64,000 nt of DNA from Anaerolineae bacterium (GTDB lineage: Bacteria; Chloroflexota; Anaerolineae; S140-20), in contig JALUTT010000003.1 of assembly GCA_027021705.1 (NCBI GenBank), forward strand, positions 1-64,000. Direction: 5' to 3'. Position numbers and translations under genes: made by a program. This document shows, piece by piece, positions 12,664 to 21,548 of the stretch (positions are counted from its first letter, which is position 1; every line of letters starts with the position of its first letter). Under the pieces are notes generated by a model, which was not told where the DNA came from, made no database searches, and saw nothing but the letters and a program-made list of their open reading frames with translations.

Positions 12664-14775
12664 ATGAAGCGCATACCCTTACGTTTCTTGATCTTGCTCA
12701 TCGTCTTGGGGGTTGCGATCGGTGCCTGCAGCCGACCAACCCCAACGCCTGAGGTGATCAAAGAGACGGTCATCGTCCCCCAGGAGGTGACGAAGATCGT
12801 CAAGGAAACCGTCATCGTCACCCAGGAGGTGACGCCGCCACCGGCGGAGGAGACGGTCGGCGAGGAGGTCGTCGCAGCCGCCTTCCAGAAAGGGGGATGC
12901 GGGGCCTGCCACGTCATCCCCGGCATCGCTGGCGCTCAGGGGACCATCGGTCCTGACCTCTCCGAGATGGGCCAGGTCGCAGCGGAGCGCATCGCCAGCG
13001 GCGATTACACGGGCAAAGCGCAGACGGCCGCCGACTACATCCGCGAGTCCATCGTGGACCCGGACGTCTTCGTCGTGCCCGACTGCCCCGGCGGCCCCTG
13101 CCAGGAGGGGCTGATGCCCGCCGTCCAGACGCTGAGCCAGGCCGAACTGGACGCCATCGTCACCTACCTGGCGAGCCTGCCGGCCGGTGCTGCCGAGGCG
13201 GTGGCCCCGCCGGAGGCCGCCGGAGCCCAGCCGCCGCCCTTGACCGAGGAGGAGTTCCAGAAGGCCACCCAGATCTTCTTCGACCGCTGCTCCGGCTGTC
13301 ACGGTGTGCTGCGCAAGGGTGCGACGGGGCCGGCGCTGACGCCGGATCAGACCCTGCCCAAGGGCACCACGGCCTTGCAGGCCATCATCTTCAACGGCAC
13401 CCCTCGCGGCATGCCCGACTGGGGCAAGCAGGGCGTCCTCTCTGAGGCCGAGGCGGAGCTGATGGCCAAGTTCATCCAGCATGAACCGCCGGCTCCACCC
13501 GAGATGTCCATGGAGCAGATGAAGGCGACCTGGAACCTCATCGTCCCGCCCGACCAGCGGCCAACGAAGCCCCAGCACGACCGCAACTGGCAGAACTTCT
13601 TCTCCGTCACCCTGCGCGATGCCGGCCAGGTGGCCATCATTGACGGGGACACCAAGGAGGTCGTGAGCGTCGTGGACACCGGCTACGCCGTCCACATCTC
13701 CCGGATGTCGGCCTCCGGTCGCTATGTCTACACCATTGGGCGCGACGGCAAGGCGGTGCTCATTGACCTGTGGATGGAGAAGCCCGACAAGGTGGCGGAA
13801 GTGCGCACCTGCTACGACGCCCGCTCCATTGACGTCAGCAAGTACCAGGGCGAGTTGGGCGACTTCTACGACAAGTACGCCATCGTCGGCTGCTACTGGC
13901 CGCCCCACTTCGTCATCCTGGACGGCCAGACGCTGGAGCCCATCAAGGTCGTCAGCACCCGCTCCTACACCTACGACACCGAGGAATACCATCCGGAGCC
14001 CCGAGTGGCGAGCATCGTGGCCTCCCGCTTCAAGCCCCAGTGGATCGTCAACGTGAAGGAAACCGGCCAGGTGTGGTTGGTGGACTACACCGAGCCCGAC
14101 AACCCGACCATCAAGATGATCGAGGCGGAGCGCTTCCTGCACGACGGCGGATGGGACGCCTCAGGGCGCTACTTCCTGGTCGCCGCCAACCAGCGGAACA
14201 AGATCGTGGTCATTGACGCCAAGGAAGAGAAGCTGGCCGCCATCGTGGAGACGGGGGTGAAGCCACATCCTGGCCGTGGGGCCAACTACGTAGACCCCGA
14301 ATACGGCCCGGCCTGGTGCACCGTCCACCTAGGAGAGCCCCTGATGGCCTGCATCGGGACCGATCCCGAGGGCTATCCTGAGTACGCCTGGAAGGTCGTG
14401 CGCCGGATCGAGCTCCTGGGTGGTGGCAGCCTCTTCGTCAAGACCCATCCCAACAGCCCCTGGATCTGGGTGGACCACACCCTCAACCCCGACGAGACGA
14501 TCCAGCGCAGCGTCTGCGTCATCGCCAAGGACGACCCGACCAAGGTCGCCAAGTGCTGGGAGGTGGCCGACTACGGTCGTGCCGTGCACATCGAGTACAA
14601 CAAGGAGGGCGACGAGGTCTGGGTCAGCGTCTGGGGGCGGAAGGACGAGCCGGGCAAGACGGGGGAGATCGTGATCTACGATGACAAGACCCTCGAAGAA
14701 AAAGCCCGGATTAAGGACCTGATCACCCCCACCGGCAAGTTCAACGTCTACAACACAATGAATGACATCTACTAA
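12664..14775 (+). CDS. nirS: Cytochrome cd1 nitrite reductase, lipoprotein with an extra N-terminal cytochrome c domain
   Basis: Lipobox IGAC, CGACH, and CSGCHGVLRKGATG. d1 beta-propeller motifs GYAVHISR, YHPEPRVASI, FLHDGG, PHPGRGAN, TPTGKFNV. Confidence 0.96.
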   Translation: MKRIPLRFLILLIVLGVAIGACSRPTPTPEVIKETVIVPQEVTKIVKETVIVTQEVTPPPAEETVGEEVVAAAFQKGGCGACHVIPGIAGAQGTIGPDLSEMGQVAAERIASGDYTGKAQTAADYIRESIVDPDVFVVPDCPGGPCQEGLMPAVQTLSQAELDAIVTYLASLPAGAAEAVAPPEAAGAQPPPLTEEEFQKATQIFFDRCSGCHGVLRKGATGPALTPDQTLPKGTTALQAIIFNGTPRGMPDWGKQGVLSEAEAELMAKFIQHEPPAPPEMSMEQMKATWNLIVPPDQRPTKPQHDRNWQNFFSVTLRDAGQVAIIDGDTKEVVSVVDTGYAVHISRMSASGRYVYTIGRDGKAVLIDLWMEKPDKVAEVRTCYDARSIDVSKYQGELGDFYDKYAIVGCYWPPHFVILDGQTLEPIKVVSTRSYTYDTEEYHPEPRVASIVASRFKPQWIVNVKETGQVWLVDYTEPDNPTIKMIEAERFLHDGGWDASGRYFLVAANQRNKIVVIDAKEEKLAAIVETGVKPHPGRGANYVDPEYGPAWCTVHLGEPLMACIGTDPEGYPEYAWKVVRRIELLGGGSLFVKTHPNSPWIWVDHTLNPDETIQRSVCVIAKDDPTKVAKCWEVADYGRAVHIEYNKEGDEVWVSVWGRKDEPGKTGEIVIYDDKTLEEKARIKDLITPTGKFNVYNTMNDIY

Positions 14776-14784
14776 TCCCGTCTC

Positions 14785-14816
14785 GGGGTGACGCGCCCTC
14801 CGAGGCGCGTCGCCCC
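14785..14816 (+). terminator. GC-rich hairpin after nirS (terminator or 3' stabiliser)
   Basis: GGGGTGACGCGCC...GGCGCGTCGCCCC with a weak U-tail. Confidence 0.55.
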
Positions 14817-14965
14817 CCCCTTCACCCCCGCTCGCGTGAACAGTCAAGGTCAAGGAGGGAGGAGGGGACCGTCAGGGCAGGTGGGGGTGAGCTCGTAGAG
14901 CTCGCCCCTACCGCCCATTCCGCTCTGATCCGCATTCCAAACGGTCAAGGAAGGAGGTGTCATCC

Positions 14966-15124
14966 ATGAGCAGCCACAATGAAGAACCGAAGGGACGAAT
15001 CCCCATCGGACAGATCGTCTTCGACGAGATCTTCCTACTCTTCATGCTCTCCCTGGTCATCAGCTTCATCCTGTACAACGTCTGGGGATTGATGGAACTC
15101 CTCCGCGTCCCCTTCCTCCCCTAA
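14966..15124 (+). CDS. 52-aa single-TM small protein, probable accessory subunit of the heme-copper enzyme
   Basis: Absent from the ORF track. AAGGAGGT RBS, then MSSHNEEPKGRIPIGQIVFDEIFLLFMLSLVISFILYNVWGLMELLRVPFLP*. Confidence 0.8.
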   Translation: MSSHNEEPKGRIPIGQIVFDEIFLLFMLSLVISFILYNVWGLMELLRVPFLP

Positions 15125-15205
15125 CCGGGGAGCCTCGATCGTCCTCGGTGGACGGATCGTCCCGTCAGTGCTCGCACTCCACAGCCCATCGGAAAGGAGG
15201 TCACT

Positions 15206-15724
15206 ATGCTTGCCCCACCACGAATTTGGTGGAAACCTCTGGATCGCCTGGAGCGCAGTTGGCTGACCATCGCCTTCGTCTGGTGCATCTTCCTGACGGC
15301 GATGATGCCGATCTGGTTCTTCCTGGGCCGTCAGAACGTGCCGGCCACCACCTACCGGGTCTCGCCGGAAGAGTACCAGCAGCGTGTTGCGGACTTTATC
15401 GAACAGTATCAGGTGGGAACCGAGAAGGGCGTCCCCGTGGTCGCTCCGCCCCCCGGCGACGTCTTCCTGCTGGCCCGCCAGTGGCAGTGGTACCCCATCC
15501 TGCAACTGAAGAAGGGCCAGACCTACCGCCTGCACGTCTCCTCGATAGACATCCAACACGGTTTCTCCATCCAACCGCTGAACCTCAACTTCATGGTCCT
15601 GCCCGGCTACGACTACGTCATCACCCTGACACCCACCCAGAGCGGCGAGTTCTCCCTGGTGTGCAATGAGTACTGCGGCATCGCCCACCACCTGATGGTG
15701 AGCAAGCTGATCGTAACCGACTAG
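15206..15724 (+). CDS. Heme-copper oxidoreductase subunit II (CuA), eNOR-type
   Basis: One TM helix plus a cupredoxin domain with DIQHGF and CNEYCGIAHHLM CuA ligands. Confidence 0.92.
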   Translation: MLAPPRIWWKPLDRLERSWLTIAFVWCIFLTAMMPIWFFLGRQNVPATTYRVSPEEYQQRVADFIEQYQVGTEKGVPVVAPPPGDVFLLARQWQWYPILQLKKGQTYRLHVSSIDIQHGFSIQPLNLNFMVLPGYDYVITLTPTQSGEFSLVCNEYCGIAHHLMVSKLIVTD

Positions 15725-15755
15725 CCTATCCAGCCAAGTTAAGGAGGAAACAGCG

Positions 15756-17477
15756 ATGGCGGCTGAAGCCATTCCCTGGTCCGAAGAGAAAGCCGTCTTC
15801 CGCACCTGCCCGGTGACGGGACTGAAGGTAGACCTGGCCGCTGAACGGCTTATCATCGCCAATGCGGTGGCTGCCGTGGTCTTCCTGCTGATCGGCGGCA
15901 TCTTCGCCCTTCTGCTGGCGCTAACCCGCTGGCAGGTGATCCACCTGCTTCCCCCCGACTGGTTCTACCGCATCCTCACCGCCCACGGCATTGACATGCT
16001 GGTGGCCTGGATCGTTTTCTTCGAGATCGCCGGCCTCTACTTCGGGGGCGCGGTGATGCTGAACGCCCGTCTGGTCCGCCCCTCGCTGGCATGGCTCGCC
16101 TTCGCCCTGATGATCGTGGGATCGGTGCTCATCAACGTCATCGTCCTGATGGGCAAGGCGGACGTCATGTTCACCGCCTACGTTCCCCTGAAGGCCCACC
16201 CCGTCTTCTACTTGGGCTACATCCTCTTCGCCGTCGGGGCCTTGCTGGCGCTGGGGCTCTTCTTCGCCACCATCGTGGTCGCCAAGGCCGAAAAACGGTA
16301 CGAGGGTTCCCTCCCCCTCGTCGTCTACGGCCTGGTGACGGCGGCCATCATCGCCGCCTACACCCTGCTCTCGGGGGCCTTGGCCCTGGTTCCCGCCTTC
16401 TTCTGGTCGCTGGGCCTGCTGCCCAATTACGACCCGGGGTTCTACCGTAACCTCTTCTGGAGCTTCGGCCACCCGGCCCAGCAGATCAACCTGGCCGCGA
16501 TGGTCGCCATCTGGTACGCTCTGGCGGCCATCACCACAGGAGCCACGCCCCTCAACGAGAAGCTCTCCCGTTTCGCCTTCATCCTGTACATCCTGTTCAT
16601 CAACCTGGGCTCGGCCCATCACCTGCTGGTGGACCCCGGTCCGGGATTCGCCTGGAAGGTCACCAACACCTCCTACGCGATGTACCTGGCCGTGCTGGGC
16701 AGCATGATCCACGCCTTCTCCGTCCCGGCCGCAATGGAGGTGGCCCTACGTCGCCAGGGATACCGCCGAGGGTTGCTGGAGTGGCTGCGCAAAGCCCCCT
16801 GGCGGGAGCCCGGCTTCTCGGCTCTGGTGATTTCCATCGTCATCTTCGGCTGGATCGGTGGGGTGACCGGCGTGACCATCGGCACCGAGCAGATCAACAT
16901 GCTGGCCCACAACACGCTGCGGGTGCCCGGCCACTTCCACGCCACCGTCGTGGCAGGGACCACCCTCGCCTTCATGGGCCTGACCTACTACCTCATCCCC
17001 CTCATCTTCCGCCGCGAGCTGAAGCTGAAGCGCTGGGCCACCTGGCAGCCCTACATCTTCGGCCTGGGCATGGCCCTGGTCTCCATCGGTTTCATCGCCG
17101 CCGGCATCCAGGGGGTGGCCCGCCGCCACTGGGACATCACCTTCGCCCAGGCTCCCTTCCCGGCCACCATCCCCGGCACGGTGCACCTGGCTCTGGCCGT
17201 CCTGGGCATCGGCGCTCTGATCGCCGTCGTGGGCGGTGCGATGTTCCTCATCATCGTCCTCGTCTCCGTGTTCACGGGGAAGCGGCAGGAAGCGCGGGGG
17301 CTGTTGCTCGTCGTCACCCCCTCCAGCCCCCCGGCACCCTCCACCTCCGCCGAGGAGGGGGAAGAGGGCCTACGCCCCAAGGGCACCTTCGTCCTCGTCC
17401 TCGCCTTCCTGACCTTCTTCGCCGCTTACTACCTGAGCAACTGGTGGCTACTGGGTCGTACCTGGATCGTCCGCTGA
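15756..17477 (+). CDS. Heme-copper oxidoreductase subunit I, probable eNOR-type nitric oxide reductase
   Basis: LTAHG, FWSFGHPAQQIN (Gln at the cross-link Tyr position), SAHH, HNT..VPGHFH. Adjacent to nirS. Confidence 0.88.
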   Translation: MAAEAIPWSEEKAVFRTCPVTGLKVDLAAERLIIANAVAAVVFLLIGGIFALLLALTRWQVIHLLPPDWFYRILTAHGIDMLVAWIVFFEIAGLYFGGAVMLNARLVRPSLAWLAFALMIVGSVLINVIVLMGKADVMFTAYVPLKAHPVFYLGYILFAVGALLALGLFFATIVVAKAEKRYEGSLPLVVYGLVTAAIIAAYTLLSGALALVPAFFWSLGLLPNYDPGFYRNLFWSFGHPAQQINLAAMVAIWYALAAITTGATPLNEKLSRFAFILYILFINLGSAHHLLVDPGPGFAWKVTNTSYAMYLAVLGSMIHAFSVPAAMEVALRRQGYRRGLLEWLRKAPWREPGFSALVISIVIFGWIGGVTGVTIGTEQINMLAHNTLRVPGHFHATVVAGTTLAFMGLTYYLIPLIFRRELKLKRWATWQPYIFGLGMALVSIGFIAAGIQGVARRHWDITFAQAPFPATIPGTVHLALAVLGIGALIAVVGGAMFLIIVLVSVFTGKRQEARGLLLVVTPSSPPAPSTSAEEGEEGLRPKGTFVLVLAFLTFFAAYYLSNWWLLGRTWIVR

Positions 17478-17484
17478 CGTGTCC

Positions 17485-17527
17485 CCCTCCCGCAGGTCAT
17501 CTGGCGTGAGGAGAACCTGCGGGAGGG
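17485..17527. repeat. REP-like inverted repeat CCCTCCCGCAGGT...ACCTGCGGGAGGG, copy 1
   Basis: 13-bp perfect inverted repeat. Related copies at 24754 and 27016. Confidence 0.8.
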
Positions 17528-17554
17528 TCCTTGGGAAACCGGGGGAAACAAGGG

Positions 17555-18265
17555 ATGGTCGTCGCGTTCCTGCTGGGACTACTGGGGAGTCTGGGACACT
17601 GTACAGGCATGTGCGGTGCCATCGTGCTGCTCCTGGGCCGACGGGGGGGCATCGCCGGCGGTCGGCTGCTGCTGGCCCACCTGGGCCGCATCACCAGCTA
17701 CGTCCTCCTGGGCCTGGCCGTGGGCCTCTTGGGCCACAGCGCCCGCCGGCTGCTCCCCCACCTGCCCTGGCTCCAGGGTGCCCTGGCCCTGATCGCCGCC
17801 GGGACCGCCCTTTACCTGGCCATAGCCCTGCTGGGACGCGCACCATCCCCTGAAACCTACCTGGCCGGTCTGACGAGCCGATGGGGCCGGGCGATGCAGC
17901 GCCTCGTCCGGCAGCCCACCGGCCGGCAGCCATTGGCCTTGCTCTTCCCCTTTGGCATCGGCCTGCTGTGGGGATTGCTCCCCTGCGGCCTGGTGCTCAC
18001 CGCCCTCCTGGCTGCTGTGACCTCCGGCCCCCTTTGGTTGAGCGCCCTGGCCATGCTCGCCTTCGGCCTGGGGACTACCCCGGCCCTCTTGGGGATGGGC
18101 TGGTTGGCGCAGCGCCCCCTCCCCCGTCTCCCCACCGGCAGAGCGTGGCCCCGCCATGCAGCGGCTCTCCTTGTCCTCCTCTTCGGCACCCAGATGGCCC
18201 TGCGGGGGCTGGCCGCCTGGGGGTGGGTGGACCACCTGCGCCTGGGAGGCGTGATGTTATGGTAG
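17555..18265 (+). CDS. DsbD_2/TauE-SafE-like membrane protein (oxidase assembly)
   Basis: GSLGHCTGMCG, HLGRITSY, WGLLPCGLV, MLAFGLGT. Confidence 0.88.
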   Translation: MVVAFLLGLLGSLGHCTGMCGAIVLLLGRRGGIAGGRLLLAHLGRITSYVLLGLAVGLLGHSARRLLPHLPWLQGALALIAAGTALYLAIALLGRAPSPETYLAGLTSRWGRAMQRLVRQPTGRQPLALLFPFGIGLLWGLLPCGLVLTALLAAVTSGPLWLSALAMLAFGLGTTPALLGMGWLAQRPLPRLPTGRAWPRHAAALLVLLFGTQMALRGLAAWGWVDHLRLGGVMLW

Positions 18266-20694
18266 GCCAGGGCCCCGTCGCCTGCTCGCTGTGCGGTCTG
18301 CCCACGGCCCACCCCATCACCGATGAAGGGGGACGGGCTTTTTGTTGCCCTGCCTGCCGCGAAGTGGCCCGCTTGCTGCACGAGGAAGCCCCGCCGGCGA
18401 GGGCCAACGGGGGGGAGGCCCCGGGAACCTTGGAGCGCTCTGAAGCCGGAGGAGGGCCCTCGGCGGTCGCCACCCTCGCCCTGGGCGGGATGTGGTGCAC
18501 CTCCTGCGGCTGGCTCATCGAGGAGAGCCTGCGCCGGACGCCCGGCGTGCAGGACGTCCAGGTCAGCTTCGTCCGCCGGGAGGCCCAGGTCACCTTCGAC
18601 CCCGACCGTACCCACCCCCGCCGCTGGCTCCGCCGAATCCGGCGGCTGGGCTACCGGGCTTGGCTCCCCGACGATCCCCCTTACGATGAGGAAGAAGCTC
18701 ACTGGCAACGGCTGCTCATCGGCGGCGTCTTCGCTATGCACGTGATGCTCATCAGCCTGATGCTTTACTTCCGCGAAGGGCTGGGATGGGCCTCACCGGA
18801 GACCGCCTGGCTCGCCGACTTCTTCCAGATCATCCTCTTCGTGGGCAGCCTCCCCTTGATGCTGATCCTGGGGATCCCCATCCTGCGGGCGGGCATGGCC
18901 AGCCTCCTGCGGGGACGGCCCAACATGCACACCCTCATCGCCCTGGGGGCCTTCTCCGCCTTCGGCCTCTCGGTGCGCAACCTCTTCTTGGGGCTGGACC
19001 GCGTCTACTTCGACACCGCCTCGATGCTCCTCTTCCTGGTGAGCATCGGCCATTGGCTGGAACTGCGGGCTCAGAAAACGGGCAGCCGCGCCGTCGAGCG
19101 GCTCTGGAAGCGGATTCCCCAGGAAGCCACCTGGATCACCCCCGACGGAGAGCGGCGCGTGCCCGTCGAGGAGGTCCCCAAGGGCGCTCGGGTGCGGGTC
19201 CGTCCCGGGGAGCGCTTTCCCGTGGACGGCCTGGTGGCCGTGGGCGAGGGGGATGTGGACCAGAGCCTGCTCACCGGCGAGTCCACGCCGGTCCTCCGCC
19301 GCCCGGGGGACCCTGTGCTGGCGGGGACCTTGAGCTTGGATGGGGGATTCGAGGTGATCACCACCGCCGTGGGGGCCGAGACGGTGGCGGGGCAGATGGG
19401 CCGCCTGCTCCACCAGGCCCTGTGGGAGCGGGCTCCGGTGGAACGGCTGGCGGACCGGCTGGCCGCCCTGATGGTCCCCATCGCCGTCCTTCTGGCCGGG
19501 GGCACCTTCGCCTTCTGGACCGCCCGGGCGGGCCCCGAGGTCGGGCTGCTCCACGCCCTCTCCGTGCTCCTGATCGCCTGCCCCTGCGCCCTGGGCCTGG
19601 CCACGCCGCTGACCCTGTGGCTGGCCTTGGGGCGGGCGGCCGAGGCCGGCGTGATCCTGCGGAGCAGCGGGGCGCTGGAACGGCTGGCCGGTGTGCGCCA
19701 TCTCTTCTTCGACAAGACGGGAACCCTGACCCGGCGACCTTTCCGTCTCCAGGCGGTGGCGGCCTACGGCGTGTCCGAGACCCTCCTCCTGACCCGCGTC
19801 GCCGCCGTCGAAGCCCATTCCGAGCACCCCCTGGCCCAGGCCGTGGTGGCCGCTGCCCGCCCGCCCGATGAGGCCGACCGCCAAGACGCCCCCCCACCCC
19901 TCCCTCCCGTCTCCGACTTCCGGGTCTGGCCCGGCCGGGGGGTGAGCGGTCGGATGAACGGCACGACCATCTGGGTGGGCAGCGCCCGCCTGATGGCCGC
20001 CCAAGGCTTGGAACTGCCCCCGCCCCTCGCCAAGACCGTCGAGACGTGGCGCGAACAGGGGCTGAGCGTGATCTACGCCGGCTGGGAGGGAAAGGTGACC
20101 GGCCTGCTGGGCTTGGGGGAGGAGCCCCGCCCGGAGGCGGTGGAAACGGTGGCAGCGCTCCAGGAGATGGGGGTGTCGGTCGCCGTCCTGACCGGCGACG
20201 ACGCTGTGGCCGGTCGGCGTTGGGAGCGGCTGCTGGGGGTTCCCGTTCACGCCGAGCAGCGGCCGGAGGAGAAGATCGCCCATCTGCGGGCCGCGCCGGG
20301 ACCGACGGCGATGGTGGGGGACGGGATCAACGACGGGCCGGCCCTGGCCGCCGCGACCGTCGGGCTGGCCATCCGCCAGGGCACCGACGTCGCCCGCGCC
20401 GCCGCCGACATCATCCTGGTCGGGGACGACCTGCGGCTGATCCCCTGGCTCATCGGCCTGGCCCGCGCGGCGATACGCCGGGTGCACCAGAACCTGGCCT
20501 GGGCCTTCGTCTACAACCTCATCGGGCTGGGGCTGGCAGTGACGGGCCATCTCCAGCCGGTGCTGGCCGCTGCCGCTATGGTGGCCAGCAGCCTCATCGT
20601 CACCGGTAACGCCCTAGGGTTACGTAAGTTTCCTAGTCAATATCGGCCCCTAGAAAGCGCTGAGCGATTTCGTCGAGGATCTCAAAGATATTGA
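18259..20694 (+). CDS. Cu-translocating P1B-type ATPase (CcoI/FixI-like)
   Basis: N-terminal CSLC..FCCPAC, HMA GMWCTSC, TGES, IACPCALGLATP, DKTGT, SEHP, GDGINDGP. Confidence 0.93.
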   Translation: MVGQGPVACSLCGLPTAHPITDEGGRAFCCPACREVARLLHEEAPPARANGGEAPGTLERSEAGGGPSAVATLALGGMWCTSCGWLIEESLRRTPGVQDVQVSFVRREAQVTFDPDRTHPRRWLRRIRRLGYRAWLPDDPPYDEEEAHWQRLLIGGVFAMHVMLISLMLYFREGLGWASPETAWLADFFQIILFVGSLPLMLILGIPILRAGMASLLRGRPNMHTLIALGAFSAFGLSVRNLFLGLDRVYFDTASMLLFLVSIGHWLELRAQKTGSRAVERLWKRIPQEATWITPDGERRVPVEEVPKGARVRVRPGERFPVDGLVAVGEGDVDQSLLTGESTPVLRRPGDPVLAGTLSLDGGFEVITTAVGAETVAGQMGRLLHQALWERAPVERLADRLAALMVPIAVLLAGGTFAFWTARAGPEVGLLHALSVLLIACPCALGLATPLTLWLALGRAAEAGVILRSSGALERLAGVRHLFFDKTGTLTRRPFRLQAVAAYGVSETLLLTRVAAVEAHSEHPLAQAVVAAARPPDEADRQDAPPPLPPVSDFRVWPGRGVSGRMNGTTIWVGSARLMAAQGLELPPPLAKTVETWREQGLSVIYAGWEGKVTGLLGLGEEPRPEAVETVAALQEMGVSVAVLTGDDAVAGRRWERLLGVPVHAEQRPEEKIAHLRAAPGPTAMVGDGINDGPALAAATVGLAIRQGTDVARAAADIILVGDDLRLIPWLIGLARAAIRRVHQNLAWAFVYNLIGLGLAVTGHLQPVLAAAAMVASSLIVTGNALGLRKFPSQYRPLESAERFRRGSQRY

Positions 20695-21031
20695 CTGGAC
20701 GACCCGGTACCACAGCACCAGCACTCCCGATGTGGATGTGGTGAGGAAAACCAGCAAGGTGAGGAAAGTGAGGTGTGTTATCCCAACGCCGGATGAGACG
20801 ACCTTCAACATCTGCCCAATGGTAGCTGTAGGTGATGACCTCAATCGTCCCATCAGGGGAACATTGCACGTACTCAGAGAATTCCAAAAAACTGCCATCG
20901 GCGAGGACCAGCCGAGCCCGCAAGTATCCGTCACTGACCGTGATGCGTTCCCGGACCACCCGGAACTCGAGGACCCATGGGTCGGTCACCAACCGTTCTT
21001 TGACCGCATTGAGATACTCGGTGACCGTCAC
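20633..21031 (-). CDS. Putative toxin, DUF6516/TumE-like
   Basis: YSYHWAD..LIRRWDNTPH...FPHHIH motif. Second gene of a two-gene cassette with a 4-bp overlap. Confidence 0.72.
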   Translation of the reverse strand: MTVTEYLNAVKERLVTDPWVLEFRVVRERITVSDGYLRARLVLADGSFLEFSEYVQCSPDGTIEVITYSYHWADVEGRLIRRWDNTPHFPHLAGFPHHIHIGSAGAVVPGRPVNIFEILDEIAQRFLGADID

Positions 21032-21366
21032 TCGCCATCCTCACCCACGAGCAGACGCAGCCGTCTCTCAAGATTATGGACCATTTGAACCAAGGAAGCC
21101 CACTCCACGTAGTCCATCCGGTCGTCGGTCTCGCCCGCCTGAAACCGGCGGTAGAACTCGTCAGACGGGAGACCATACTGCTCTTCAAACTGGGCCAGGT
21201 CCGCCCGCAGTTGCTGTAGCTGGGCTCGGGTCACCTCGGCCTCGTGGGCAAGCAGTTTGTCCAACGTGCGATCTATTACTTCACTGGCCTGACCGTGCTC
21301 ATAGACCTCAGCCAGTGCCTTTAACCGCTCCGCTACGGTGCGAGGTGAGGATCGCACTAGACTCAT
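21028..21366 (-). CDS. Putative antitoxin (TumA-like) partner
   Basis: 112 aa with FEEQYGLPSDEFYRRFQAG...DYVEW. AAGGAG RBS, coupled to the DUF6516-like gene. Confidence 0.68.
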   Translation of the reverse strand: MSLVRSSPRTVAERLKALAEVYEHGQASEVIDRTLDKLLAHEAEVTRAQLQQLRADLAQFEEQYGLPSDEFYRRFQAGETDDRMDYVEWASLVQMVHNLERRLRLLVGEDGE

Positions 21367-21413
21367 AGAGGTTGCTCCTTCAAGAGGACTCAACTCAGGC
21401 CGAATCTCCCAAG

Positions 21414-21442
21414 AGTATAGCACATAGGCCGAAAAGGTACAA
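21414..21442 (-). promoter_or_regulatory. Putative sigma70 promoter of the TA pair
   Basis: TTGTAC-17 bp-TATACT with an extended TG. Confidence 0.6.
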
Positions 21443-21528
21443 GGGGCAGGGGGCAAGGGGCAAGGACCGAGGACTGAGGACCGAGGACTGAGGACCACCC
21501 GACCAAGCGACCACTCGACCAAGCGACC
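21440..21528. repeat. Composite heptamer/octamer tandem repeat
   Basis: (CAAGGGG)n (GAGGAC[C/T])n (CGACCA..)n seen directly. Confidence 0.9.
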
Positions 21529-21548
21529 AAAAAGAGAAGAGGCGAAGT

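Noticed and set aside
15206..17477. Ordinary ba3-type cytochrome c oxidase
   Set aside because: The cross-linking Tyr is replaced by Gln and the genes follow nirS.
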